Source: an uncultured Candidatus Saccharibacteria bacterium
GTDB lineage: Bacteria > Patescibacteriota > Minisyncoccia > Minisyncoccales > MHMH01
Assembly (NCBI GenBank): GCA_964393465.1
Contig: CAYMTT010000001.1
Coordinates: forward strand, 1-62,246
DNA length: 62,246 bases
Direction of reading: 5' to 3'
In this document: piece by piece, positions 36,666 through 45,125 of the stretch
How positions within the stretch are numbered: position 1 is the first letter of the stretch
Layout of the letters: each line of letters opens with the position of its first letter
Notes under the pieces: model-generated
Databases searched by the model: none
The model's input: the letters and a program-made list of their open reading frames with translations, nothing else
What the model was told of the DNA's origin: nothing
Translations under genes and position numbers: made by a program

Positions 36666-37070
36666 CTAATTTCCCGCCATCTTCACGATAATTTCCCTTT
36701 CTCTCGGACGATTGTCAAAATCAACCAGGACAATCTGCTGCCAGGTACCCAGGGCCAGCTTCCCCCCTTGCACGGGAAAAGCCATTCCGGGCTTCATCAA
36801 GGCTGATCTTACGTGGGCGTAGCCGTTGTCATCCCCCCGCATTCTGCTGTGCTGATAATCTTCGTCCATGGGGGCTATCTTTTCCAGTATTCTTTTTAGG
36901 TCTTTTACGACTCCTTCTTCATATTCTATAGTGGTGATTCCGGCGGTGGAACCGGAACAAAAAACCAAACAAATTCCCTCTTTTTTGCCGGATTTCTCCA
37001 CCTCTTTCCGGACATCGTCCGTAATATCGATTATATCGTTAAATCCCCTGGTCGAAACGTTAAAGCTCAT
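36666..37070 (-). CDS. YjbQ/UPF0047 family protein (secondary thiamine-phosphate synthase-like)
   Basis: 134 aa. DIIDITDDV, SGSTAGITT.E and NGYAHVRSALMKPG motifs. Confidence 0.8.
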   Translation of the reverse strand: MSFNVSTRGFNDIIDITDDVRKEVEKSGKKEGICLVFCSGSTAGITTIEYEEGVVKDLKRILEKIAPMDEDYQHSRMRGDDNGYAHVRSALMKPGMAFPVQGGKLALGTWQQIVLVDFDNRPREREIIVKMAGN

Positions 37071-38083
37071 AGCTCTTGATCTATTTTAAGAAAATAGCTT
37101 ATTTTCCTGGAAACTATTTTGCTTACAATCCCGGCCCCTATCTTAAAAAGAATAACCAATCCCAGCAAAGCAACAGCAAGTTCCGCTCCCCTTATGACCA
37201 TGGTGAATACCGGGGCGGTGGAAGCTCCCAGCCCCAAACTGTTGAAAACGAAGGTCTGGAAGGTTTCATGCGTCCCCAAAGCGGTAGGAATCGGAATCAT
37301 CAGGGCCAAATAAGAGAAGCTGATAACCGAAACCGCAGAAAGAAAAGATATACTCTTGCCCAGGGAAAATATCAAAAACCAAGCCCTGACCAAAGTAATT
37401 CCGCATTTTAAAAAAGACAAGGCTACCATCTTCCAGAAAAAAAGCTCTTTGGGCTTCAAAACCGCGAAAATTTCCTCTTCCACTTCCAGAGGCTCAGCAT
37501 CTTTGATGTTTCCGCTGAAAGCCCGGCCGAAGAATTTGAGAATGCTCTGCTTTTTGTGCGATTTGAAGTAAAAAAGAGCGATGCCGGCGGCAAAAATAGA
37601 AAGAACGACAGCCAAGGTGAAAACCAGACGATCGGAAGGCAGTCCCCGGGAAAGAAAAAGAAGAAACACTCCGGGAACAATAATAGACATATAAACGGTA
37701 AGTTCCACCATCCTGTCCACGATGACCGAAGCCATGCCTTTTTCAAAAACCACCGAATGTTTTTCCTTCAAAAAATAAGCTCGGAGAGTTTCTCCGGCGA
37801 ACAAAAAGATGGGAGCGAAAATCATAATGGGAAAACTGGCCAGATAGAGGCGAAAGGCGGCAAAAAAGGAAATATCTTCTCCCTGTTTTCTGACAATCGA
37901 CCTCCAGCGCCAGTTGCCGACGGCCAGCATCAAAAAAGTCAAACCCAATATTATCAGGCCGTCCCATCCAGAAAAAGCCAGAAAAGCCAGACCTATATCT
38001 TCCCAGCCGATGCTTTTGGTGATCCAGAACAAAAGGCCCAAACCCGCCAGCAGGGAAAGCAAAAGAAGCAATAGTTTTTTCAT
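37067..38083 (-). CDS. UPF0104 / lysylphosphatidylglycerol-synthase-TM-region-like (flippase-like) membrane protein
   Basis: 338 aa with about 8 TM helices. The N-terminal LLFWITKSIGWEDI and overall topology are typical of the family. Confidence 0.65.
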   Translation of the reverse strand: MKKLLLLLLSLLAGLGLLFWITKSIGWEDIGLAFLAFSGWDGLIILGLTFLMLAVGNWRWRSIVRKQGEDISFFAAFRLYLASFPIMIFAPIFLFAGETLRAYFLKEKHSVVFEKGMASVIVDRMVELTVYMSIIVPGVFLLFLSRGLPSDRLVFTLAVVLSIFAAGIALFYFKSHKKQSILKFFGRAFSGNIKDAEPLEVEEEIFAVLKPKELFFWKMVALSFLKCGITLVRAWFLIFSLGKSISFLSAVSVISFSYLALMIPIPTALGTHETFQTFVFNSLGLGASTAPVFTMVIRGAELAVALLGLVILFKIGAGIVSKIVSRKISYFLKIDQEL

Positions 38084-38295
38084 TTATCCGAAAGGAATTT
38101 ATTCAGGTCTTTAACCAGCTTGTCGGCGTCTATCTGGTGCATTTCGGCAGCAGACTCTATGGTATCGTTCTGAGCCAGAGGACAGCCGACGCAATGAAGC
38201 CCGTGCTCCAAAAAAACAGGGGCCGTTTCGGGGTATTTTTGCAGAACTTCGGCGATATTCATTTTTTTGGTGATTTTTTTCTTGTTTTCAGGCAT
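38080..38295 (-). CDS. DUF1858 / hybrid-cluster-protein-associated redox disulfide domain protein
   Basis: 71 aa. IAEVLQKYPETAPVFLEHGLHCVGCPLAQNDTIESAA matches the DUF1858 CxxC pattern. Confidence 0.75.
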   Translation of the reverse strand: MPENKKKITKKMNIAEVLQKYPETAPVFLEHGLHCVGCPLAQNDTIESAAEMHQIDADKLVKDLNKFLSDK

Positions 38296-38335
38296 ATACT
38301 AGATTATAGCCCATTAAAGGAGAAACCGCAAAGGA

Positions 38336-38364
38336 TTGACAAGCGACAAAGATTGTTATACAAT
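38336..38364 (+). promoter_or_regulatory. Near-consensus sigma70 promoter (TTGACA-17 nt-TACAAT)
   Basis: -35 TTGACA at 38336-38341, an exact 17-nt spacer, and -10 TACAAT at 38359-38364. AGGAGG (38373-38378) follows, then TTG at 38386. Confidence 0.6.
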
Positions 38365-38385
38365 ATTACAAAAGGAGGCGGCAAA

Positions 38386-38838
38386 TTGAAAAAGGAAATT
38401 TTAATATTCGCTGTAATTCTGCTGATTTACGGGATATGCATAGTAACGCTGTCTCTGATAACGGTAGAATTATTCAACAAGCAGGTTGCCCCCGCCATCG
38501 AGGAAAAAAATCAAGCCAATCAAGCCATAGAAGATTATTTCCTTAATAACAGGGCAGGGCAACCTGCCTTTTTATTTGCACATTTTCATCAAAGTTCTGG
38601 CATTCTTGACCGCGCGCCCCTCGAGGTCGTTGTTGAAATAAACGAAAACCTCCAATCCCCTTTTTTGCCATTTCTTCACCTTCCCCGACAGATTCCGGAG
38701 CTCTTTTTCAGAGTAGCTAGAAGCGAACTTTTTTCGGGGGCCGTGCATGCGGACATAAACCGATTTCGAAGTGACTTTGTCTTGTCTGGGATAATCCGGC
38801 GAATCGGATATCACCCAGGCGGCTCCATGTTTTTTTAA
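38386..38838 (+). CDS. Small membrane protein ORF with uncertain 3' end
   Basis: A TTG start lies 7 nt after AGGAGG and downstream of a consensus promoter. The N-terminus LKKEILIFAVILLIYGICIVTLSLITVELF is a clear TM helix. In the assembled frame there is no stop before 38838, so the ORF would overlap the convergent DUF72 gene by 267 nt; see findings. Confidence 0.3.
   Translation: MKKEILIFAVILLIYGICIVTLSLITVELFNKQVAPAIEEKNQANQAIEDYFLNNRAGQPAFLFAHFHQSSGILDRAPLEVVVEINENLQSPFLPFLHLPRQIPELFFRVARSELFSGAVHADINRFRSDFVLSGIIRRIGYHPGGSMFF
38553..38573. terminator. Hairpin GGCAGG-gcaa-CCTGCC plus T-tract between the small plus-strand ORF and the DUF72 gene
   Basis: The stem at 38553-38568 is followed by TTTTT on the plus strand. 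On the minus strand it lies immediately after the DUF72 stop codon (38572-38574). Confidence 0.5.
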
Positions 38839-39309
38839 AATACGATAAACCTTTTCTTGGCACCAAGAACGGTGGCGAAACTCGAAAGCGCACCCGGACT
38901 TGTCTTTTTTAACTGTTTTTAAGAAATCTTCCAGTCTTTTTAAATTTTCCTCGGTGGCTTTAAAACCGGACGGAAACTGGAACAATACCGGCCCAAGTTT
39001 TTCTTCGAGCCGGGAAGCTCTTTTGAAAAAAGTTTTCCAGGGATTTTTTACTCCCTTCAGCTTTTTGACGTGAGTGATATACCTGCTGGCCTTTACGGAA
39101 AAAATAAAATCTCCGGGGGTTTCCGATCTCCATTTTTTGAAAGTTTCCGCTTTAGGCAAGCGGTAAAAAGAATAATTGATCTCGGCGGTTAAAAAGCGCT
39201 CCGAAAAATATCGGAGTTTTTTTGAAGAAGGAAGATCTTCGGGATAAAAAACCTTTTGCCAGTGGGCATACGACCATCCCGAAGTCCCTATATGAAGCTT
39301 TTTCTTCAT
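38572..39309 (-). CDS. DUF72 (YecE/UPF0759) family protein
   Basis: 245 aa. HIGTSGWSYAHWQKVFYP N-terminus and FEFRHRSW motif. Confidence 0.85.
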   Translation of the reverse strand: MKKKLHIGTSGWSYAHWQKVFYPEDLPSSKKLRYFSERFLTAEINYSFYRLPKAETFKKWRSETPGDFIFSVKASRYITHVKKLKGVKNPWKTFFKRASRLEEKLGPVLFQFPSGFKATEENLKRLEDFLKTVKKDKSGCAFEFRHRSWCQEKVYRILKKHGAAWVISDSPDYPRQDKVTSKSVYVRMHGPRKKFASSYSEKELRNLSGKVKKWQKRGLEVFVYFNNDLEGRAVKNARTLMKMCK

Positions 39310-39500
39310 TATCCCTGCTCTTCAATGAATTTGCCAAAAGACCTGTCGAAAGTCTTTTCGGCCTCCTTTGAAAAACAACAGGCCGGCAACTCCCCTTTTT
39401 CCAAATGATGCCTTATGCATTCGCAGCAAAGGCCCTTTCTCGGGCAGCCGGGATAAGTGCAGGGGCAATCTTTTAAGTTTTTTTCTTTTTGGCACTCCAT
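39309..39500 (-). CDS. Small cysteine-rich protein (DUF6485-like)
   Basis: 63 aa with 9 Cys: MECQKEKNLKDCPCTYPGCPRKGLCCECIRHHLEKGELPACCF... It overlaps the DUF72 start by 1 nt. Confidence 0.6.
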   Translation of the reverse strand: MECQKEKNLKDCPCTYPGCPRKGLCCECIRHHLEKGELPACCFSKEAEKTFDRSFGKFIEEQG

Positions 39501-39504
39501 ATTT

Positions 39505-40023
39505 TTATTTTATCACCTCGACCTCGAAAGTGTAAAATTCGGCCGGGTTTTTCTTCCAGTAATCGGGAGGCAAGCCGGCCTTGAACATTAAATTCTCCAA
39601 AAAAGTTTCCAAATCCCAGCCATTTTCCAAAGCCACTTGGGGCAGAAAAAGCGCCGCCCTTCCTTGGGCTTTGACCATCAACCCCTGGACTCCCAAGCGC
39701 AGTTCATCTACAGATTTTAAAGGCTTCAAAGGGCCTAAAACGGAAACTTCGTATTCCAGAAAAGGCAGCTCTTCTTCGGAAACGGGAGGGAATCTCGGAT
39801 CTTGGAAGGCGGCGGCAACAGCCAAAAGGGGAACCGCCTTGTAAAGGGGAGATTCGCAATCGATCTGCCCGATACAGCCGCGCAAGAGTCCTTGTTTTTT
39901 TAAAGTGACGAAAACTCCCCGCTTTTCTTTTAATTTTTCCGGGGTTGGCTCAAATTCGGGAATTTCTCTTTCCCTGGCGAAAGTTTCAACCGAAGTTTTA
40001 GCGATGGAAAGCAACCGATCCAT
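39505..40023 (-). CDS. AMMECR1 domain protein (AmmeMemoRadiSam system protein A-like)
   Basis: 172 aa. RGVFVTLKKQGLLRGCIGQ and DPRFPPV motifs. Confidence 0.88.
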   Translation of the reverse strand: MDRLLSIAKTSVETFAREREIPEFEPTPEKLKEKRGVFVTLKKQGLLRGCIGQIDCESPLYKAVPLLAVAAAFQDPRFPPVSEEELPFLEYEVSVLGPLKPLKSVDELRLGVQGLMVKAQGRAALFLPQVALENGWDLETFLENLMFKAGLPPDYWKKNPAEFYTFEVEVIK

Positions 40024-40795
40024 AACCTACCACCCGGTTTTTGTCTCCGGCTTCGACGTCACCGGAATTGGCGTATTTCAAAAGATGAGCTTGTCCTTTC
40101 AAAGACTCAGAAACCTTCATTAAGGTTTTGAGAGAATCTTTTCCGCAGGCTTCCAGAGATGTATAATTTCCGCCGAGCACGGCTTCCAGGGTCCGCTTGT
40201 CTTTTTTTACGGCTTCCCCGTAAGGCAAATAATGGGAAAGGTCTGAAGAGGCCACAATCAAAGTTTTTTTCCGGCCGATATTTCCCAGCAAAGCTTGGGC
40301 CAAACTTTCCCAGTCTTCATCTTCGGAACCGAAAACGATCGGCAGAATTTTGAATTTTTTCAGCGTTTTTTGCAAAAAAGGCAGCTGGACTTCCAAAGAA
40401 TGCTCGAAAATATGGGCCGAATCCCGGGAATAGAATCTTTTAGAAAAAGAGGTAATTTTCTCTACCAGCTGCTCGTCGACTTCCACCTTTCCCAAAGGGG
40501 TCTCCCATTTGCCAGAAGACCAAAAAGACACCCCCTCAAAACGCTCGTAATGGGAATCTCCCATGAGAATGACTGTGTCAAAATCTCTCCCCGCCAGAGC
40601 TTTGTATCCGCAGGCGGCCACCTGGCCGGAGAAAACGTATCCGGCGTGAGGCGAAAGCAAACCGAAAATCTCCCCTTTTATTTCGGGAGCCTCGGCCCGC
40701 GACAAAAGAAAGGAAACGTTTTTTTCCAATTCTTTTTTCTCTTCGGGATAAAATTGTCCGGCTACAGCCGGCGGTCTGATCATATGTTTCAACAA
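39998..40795 (-). CDS. MEMO1-family protein (AmmeMemoRadiSam system protein B-like)
   Basis: 265 aa. RPPAVAGQFYP N-terminus, SPHAGYVFSG, GDSHYE, and SSDLSHY. The alternative start at ATG 40783 would remove the 7-nt overlap. Confidence 0.88.
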   Translation of the reverse strand: MLKHMIRPPAVAGQFYPEEKKELEKNVSFLLSRAEAPEIKGEIFGLLSPHAGYVFSGQVAACGYKALAGRDFDTVILMGDSHYERFEGVSFWSSGKWETPLGKVEVDEQLVEKITSFSKRFYSRDSAHIFEHSLEVQLPFLQKTLKKFKILPIVFGSEDEDWESLAQALLGNIGRKKTLIVASSDLSHYLPYGEAVKKDKRTLEAVLGGNYTSLEACGKDSLKTLMKVSESLKGQAHLLKYANSGDVEAGDKNRVVGYGSVAFHR

Positions 40796-41151
40796 GTTAA
40801 ATGAAAGAGTCCTATTATTTTCTCCGGCCTGCCTTCCTCTTCTTCTGATTCTTCCTTGCGGATGTTGAAGGTTTTTACGGCCGCTTCCGTCCTGTCTATT
40901 ATAAGGCGGATTCCTTTTTCGGCCACTAACTCTTTGGCTTTGCCCGAAACTTTCATCAAGCCCGATTCTCCCGTGCCAATGACAATGGTTTCAGGATTTT
41001 CTCCGACCGCCCTTTCGAGATCTTCAACCTCGACCGAATGGGAATTTTCCCGCCACCACTTCAAAACCTGGCCGGTCCAACGCACTTCCGAATCCTGCTT
41101 GTAAGTTTTCCCGCCGACCACTATTAATCCGAAGTTGTACTGATCTATCAT
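40789..41151 (-). CDS. Mth938-like (DUF498/AAMDC/NDUFAF3-fold) domain protein
   Basis: 120 aa. FGLIVVGGKTYKQDSEV...ETIVIGTGESGLMKVSGKAKELVAEKGIRLII matches my recollection of the Mth938 domain pattern. Confidence 0.65.
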   Translation of the reverse strand: MIDQYNFGLIVVGGKTYKQDSEVRWTGQVLKWWRENSHSVEVEDLERAVGENPETIVIGTGESGLMKVSGKAKELVAEKGIRLIIDRTEAAVKTFNIRKEESEEEEGRPEKIIGLFHLTC

Positions 41152-41156
41152 AAAGT

Positions 41157-42416
41157 TTAAAAAAGGGTGTTTTGTTTTGAAGCCCTCCTGCTTTCCCCTT
41201 TGGAAAATATCCTAATTTTCCCGTAGACTCCATCGTAGCCCGGCTCTACAAAAACCCTGCCTTCCCTGATTCTCATTATCCCTTCGGCTATTTCCGGTAA
41301 AGATGCAGATTCCAAATCCTGTCGGGAAGCTTCCAGCAGAATCTTGAATTCACTGCCAAGGCCGCCTATAAGGTTTTCGTATTCTTCTTTGACTTTTTTG
41401 GAAGCTGTCCCCAAGCCGAGGCTTTCTGCAATTATCTCTTCCAAAGGCACCAGGCTTTTGAAGGGAATGGCGTCTTCCGGTTTGAAGCCTTCCGGCCTGT
41501 CGGCCAAACTTTCTATCCTGCTCATTACCCCGACGGTCAAAGGTCTTCCGCAGGTCGGACAAATGTTGTTGTATTTTTTCGACTCTTGCGGGGAAAGCAC
41601 GATTTGGCAGTTTCTGTGGCCGTCGTAATGGTACTTCCCCTCTTGGGGGAAAAATTCCACAGTGTACAGAAAATTCTGAGGGTCTTTTGATTTTATGGCT
41701 GCCCCTATGGAAGAATAGCTCAAAAAGGGCAAACTGAAAACGTTGGCCTCCCTGCCTATCCTGCTCGGTGAATGGGAATCGCTGTTGGAGATCAAAGCCA
41801 TCCTGTCCAAAGAAGAAAGCCTCCAGTTCATAGCAGGATCAGACGACAATCCCGTTTCCAAAGCGTAGATGTATTTTGAATAATCCTCGAAGCATTCCTC
41901 CAAAGAATCGAAGCCGGATTTGGATCCGAAAATGCCGAACCAAGGAGTCCAGGCGTGAGCCGGAATCACCAGGCAGTCTTCGGAAACCGAAAAAACGATT
42001 TTCGCCAGCTCTTTGGCATCCAAGCCCAGAATCGGGCGGCCGTCGGCTTTCAAATTTCCTATCCATCCCAGCCGGGCGTTGATATTTTCTACCTCTTTGA
42101 AAGAAGGGGCGAAAATTAAAACGTGTATCTTTCTGACCTTGTTGTTTTTGGAATAAATGCAGCTGATTTCCGCGGTCAAGATGAAACGGACGGGAGTATC
42201 TTTTTCTTTCAGTTTAAAAAGACCGGGCTCTGCCGGTTCCAGTTTTTCTTTCAGATCGTTGAACCATTCGGGATGAGTGAAATCTCCTGTAGCCAAAACT
42301 TTTATCCCTTTTATTCCGGCCCACTTATCCAGGCTTTCCAGGTCCATATCCCTGCTGGTGGCCCTGGAATACTTGCTGTGGATGTGGAAATCGGCTACGA
42401 ATTGCATATATTCCAT
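41157..42416 (-). CDS. Endonuclease Q (PHP-fold nuclease with zinc ribbon)
   Basis: 419 aa, collinear with archaeal EndoQ. ADFHIHSKYSRATS, ATGDFTHPEW, IPAHAWTPWF, LETGLSSDPAMNW, NSDSHSP.RIGREANVF, EGKYHYDGHRNC, CPTCG, and PGYDGVYGKIRIF. Confidence 0.85.
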   Translation of the reverse strand: MEYMQFVADFHIHSKYSRATSRDMDLESLDKWAGIKGIKVLATGDFTHPEWFNDLKEKLEPAEPGLFKLKEKDTPVRFILTAEISCIYSKNNKVRKIHVLIFAPSFKEVENINARLGWIGNLKADGRPILGLDAKELAKIVFSVSEDCLVIPAHAWTPWFGIFGSKSGFDSLEECFEDYSKYIYALETGLSSDPAMNWRLSSLDRMALISNSDSHSPSRIGREANVFSLPFLSYSSIGAAIKSKDPQNFLYTVEFFPQEGKYHYDGHRNCQIVLSPQESKKYNNICPTCGRPLTVGVMSRIESLADRPEGFKPEDAIPFKSLVPLEEIIAESLGLGTASKKVKEEYENLIGGLGSEFKILLEASRQDLESASLPEIAEGIMRIREGRVFVEPGYDGVYGKIRIFSKGESRRASKQNTLF

Positions 42417-42449
42417 TTTACCTCCCGGAGGAGTTTGGGTAAAGGCCGA

Positions 42450-43565
42450 TCAGCGGGAAAAAAAGGAAATTATTTCGAATATTATTCCCAGAACGAAAAA
42501 AGCGGGCAGAATATAAATCAAGGGGCTCATTCTGCGGTTGAATCGCTTTTTCAAAAACTGGCGATAAAGAAAAACCATCACTATCCCCATACAACCTATG
42601 GACAAAGCTCCCGTCAAACTGATAATCTCGATAAACTCCCTCATTCCAGCCAAAAACATAAAAAGAGGCAGGAAACTGACTACGGCCCAGGCCAAAACGG
42701 GGTGAAGATTGAAATCATACCAGAGCACTTTTTTCAAAGTCAAACCCAAGGTCAAAAAAGAAGTAAAACAGGTTATTATCCCGAAAACGAAAGCCAGCCG
42801 GATTACTCTGTTTCCGAGAGTCCGGGCCAGGCCGGAAATCGCCTCCTTGGAAGTGCCGGATCCCGAAGTTCCCAGAACGGTATAGATGAAAAAAAGATAA
42901 GTGAGAGCTGACAGCAAAATCCCCAAGATTATCACTTTTTTCACGGCCCGGGGATTGTTTCCCAGAAATTCTCTTATTTCGGGCACTATATTGCTGCCCC
43001 ACAAAGAAAAAAGTATGACTCCATAGGGAAGAGCCAAAAAAGCGGAATTCATCCCTTTAAGATGTCCCAATTCGATGAAAGAATAGGATTTAAAAAAGAA
43101 TATGCCCAGAATGGCAAAAAAAACAACCAGCAGAAAAAATTCTATCGTGCAAATGCTTTTTATGCCCCGGAAAATAAAAAAAGAGCCCAAAGCCCAGAAA
43201 AAAAGCGTATACAAAACCGCGCTTCCTCCAAAATAAGGGGAAAGAAAAGAATTGAGAAAATTACCTCCGACCACTAAATAGGCCAGCAAAGCTCCCAGTA
43301 GGCCGGAACCTATGGCAAGAAAAGTGAAAGTCTTCCAGCGCCGGCCGAGATATTCTTGGGCGAATCCGGGCAGGCGCTTCAAGCCGGTAGTCCCCAAAGA
43401 AACTTCGGCGTACATTAAATGAATGGCCGCCGCTATGCAAGCCAGCAGGAAAAAATAAAAAAGAACGACCGGAAATCCGGCCTTCAAAGCGACATAGGGC
43501 AGGCCGAATATTCCCACCCCGATAATTGTCCCGGCAAAAACGGCCAGGGCCTTAATAAAATTCAT
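42450..43565 (-). CDS. Amino acid permease (aromatic amino acid/SdaC-type transporter family)
   Basis: 371 aa with about 11 TM helices. N-terminal AGTIIGVGIFGLPYVALKAGF. Confidence 0.7.
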   Translation of the reverse strand: MNFIKALAVFAGTIIGVGIFGLPYVALKAGFPVVLFYFFLLACIAAAIHLMYAEVSLGTTGLKRLPGFAQEYLGRRWKTFTFLAIGSGLLGALLAYLVVGGNFLNSFLSPYFGGSAVLYTLFFWALGSFFIFRGIKSICTIEFFLLVVFFAILGIFFFKSYSFIELGHLKGMNSAFLALPYGVILFSLWGSNIVPEIREFLGNNPRAVKKVIILGILLSALTYLFFIYTVLGTSGSGTSKEAISGLARTLGNRVIRLAFVFGIITCFTSFLTLGLTLKKVLWYDFNLHPVLAWAVVSFLPLFMFLAGMREFIEIISLTGALSIGCMGIVMVFLYRQFLKKRFNRRMSPLIYILPAFFVLGIIFEIISFFSR

Positions 43566-43570
43566 GGAAG

Positions 43571-44068
43571 CTAAACTCCCGTTTTTGTGCCTTTGGCTTT
43601 TTTGACCAATTCTTCCCTAAGTTCTTCGGCTTTTTCCACGGAAACTCCGGGAAGCTTGCCTTCCGGATCTCCCATGCCCCTTCTGCCGTAGTTTCCGCTG
43701 TAGCCGGCGGTCTGTACCATCAAATCGGAAAGACCGAACAATCTGGCCAGAATCCCCCTGTGTATGTCGACGTTCTGAATCCTTTCATAGGGAATGGAAA
43801 CGTATTTTTTCCAGATAACTCCGTGCTCTTTTTTGAAAACGTCTTCTGTCAGCTGATACTTGTAGGCGTTGTAGCTGAGCTTGGCCCAGAAATAGCTTCC
43901 TCCCAGCCAAAGAAGAAAAAACAGAAACAGTCCTATCATCACGGATCTCGTCCCGGCGAGAGAATAAACGCCTCTCAAAAAGACGCTCAGAAAAATGGCA
44001 AAGAAAAAGCCCGCTCCCAGAAAACGGAAGAAAAACAACCAAACGGCTCTTGGATGCAGTTTTTCCAT
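43571..44068 (-). CDS. Bacterial PH domain (bPH_2/YdbS-like) membrane protein
   Basis: 165 aa. Two N-terminal TM helices, then YERIQNVDIHRGILARLFGLSDLMVQTAG typical of bPH_2. Confidence 0.7.
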   Translation of the reverse strand: MEKLHPRAVWLFFFRFLGAGFFFAIFLSVFLRGVYSLAGTRSVMIGLFLFFLLWLGGSYFWAKLSYNAYKYQLTEDVFKKEHGVIWKKYVSIPYERIQNVDIHRGILARLFGLSDLMVQTAGYSGNYGRRGMGDPEGKLPGVSVEKAEELREELVKKAKGTKTGV

Positions 44069-44072
44069 AAAT

Positions 44073-44405
44073 TTATTTTATCAATTTTACCCCCACTCCG
44101 GCCACTTGAGCTCCGCCAAAAAAGAGGATGAAGGCGAAAATCGACCAGGAAATCAGATTCAGCATCTTGAAAATCGATTCTGAAGGAATCGTGTCTTTAA
44201 GCTGATCCCGAATCAATTCCTGCATTTGGCCTTCCAGACCGGCGGCAGTCTGGGAAACCGATCCGTTTTCCGGCTCGAAAGAAAAGACTTCGGGAGGCTC
44301 CTTTTCTGCGGTAAAAATATTGAAAGAAGCGTAAAAAGCGTAAGCCATTACGGCCAATCCCGCAAAAAGCAGAAAAAGGCCCAGAACTTTCTTGAGTTTG
44401 CCCAT
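44073..44405 (-). CDS. Hypothetical membrane protein
   Basis: 110 aa with an N-terminal and a C-terminal TM helix. It is tightly packed in the operon, with 4-nt gaps. Confidence 0.5.
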   Translation of the reverse strand: MGKLKKVLGLFLLFAGLAVMAYAFYASFNIFTAEKEPPEVFSFEPENGSVSQTAAGLEGQMQELIRDQLKDTIPSESIFKMLNLISWSIFAFILFFGGAQVAGVGVKLIK

Positions 44406-44406
44406 G

Positions 44407-44715
44407 TTATTTTTTATTTAATTCCCCGTATAACGAGGATTTTTTAATTATTATCTTGTAAATATTTTCTATGAAATCCCCTCCGGCGTAACCGATAACA
44501 AAAGAGAGGGCGGGAGTGAAAGAATCAAAAAGCGTAAATCCCAGCTGCTTTACCGCCACGGAAGCCATAAGGCCGACGGTTCCGGAAATGAACATCATGC
44601 CGAAAAAATAAGGAAGCTTGAATCCCACGTTTTTATAGGAAAACTGATACTTCACGAAGCCCACCAGGCCTCTTAAAAATCCTCCTCCGAAAGCGGCGAT
44701 AAATATTGAAATCAT
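44407..44715 (-). CDS. Hypothetical membrane protein
   Basis: 102 aa with three hydrophobic helices. Confidence 0.5.
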   Translation of the reverse strand: MISIFIAAFGGGFLRGLVGFVKYQFSYKNVGFKLPYFFGMMFISGTVGLMASVAVKQLGFTLFDSFTPALSFVIGYAGGDFIENIYKIIIKKSSLYGELNKK

Positions 44716-44720
44716 TATCT

Positions 44721-45125
44721 TTAGGACGTTTTGTGAAAAAACTTATCTTCAAAAAACCTCAGAGCCGCCAGAATGGCAATGGTCATAAAAGTTACGAATA
44801 AAGAAACCGAATAAAGTTCCATTCCCACGGCGATTCCTATGGCCGCGGCCACCCAAAGCCCGGCGGCAGTGGTCAGCCCTTCAACAAACTTATCGCGGTG
44901 AATAATCAGGCCGGCCCCGATGAAACCGATGCCCGTGGCTACCGCCTGAATCACCCTGCCCAGATCAATGTCTGCCATTTTCTGACCGACGACGGTAAAA
45001 AGAGCCGCTCCCAGACAGACCAAGGCGTAAGTCCTCAGCCCGGCTTCTTTTCTTTTGTATTCCCGCTCTAATCCGAGAAGCCCGCCCAGCAAAGCGGACA
45101 AAAATAGTTGAAGGAAAATTTCCAT
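44721..45125 (-). CDS. mgtC: MgtC/SapB family membrane protein
   Basis: 134 aa. GLLGLEREYKRKEAGLRTYALVCLGAALF. Confidence 0.85.
   Translation of the reverse strand: MEIFLQLFLSALLGGLLGLEREYKRKEAGLRTYALVCLGAALFTVVGQKMADIDLGRVIQAVATGIGFIGAGLIIHRDKFVEGLTTAAGLWVAAAIGIAVGMELYSVSLFVTFMTIAILAALRFFEDKFFHKTS

Noticed and set aside
38505-38511. A AAA AAT as a programmed -1 ribosomal frameshift site in the small membrane-protein ORF.
   Set aside because: The heptamer is formally slippery. The only downstream structure starts ~40 nt away, far beyond the 5-9 nt spacing of known stimulators. A homopolymer-length error is the simpler explanation, so this is kept only as an alternative within the finding.
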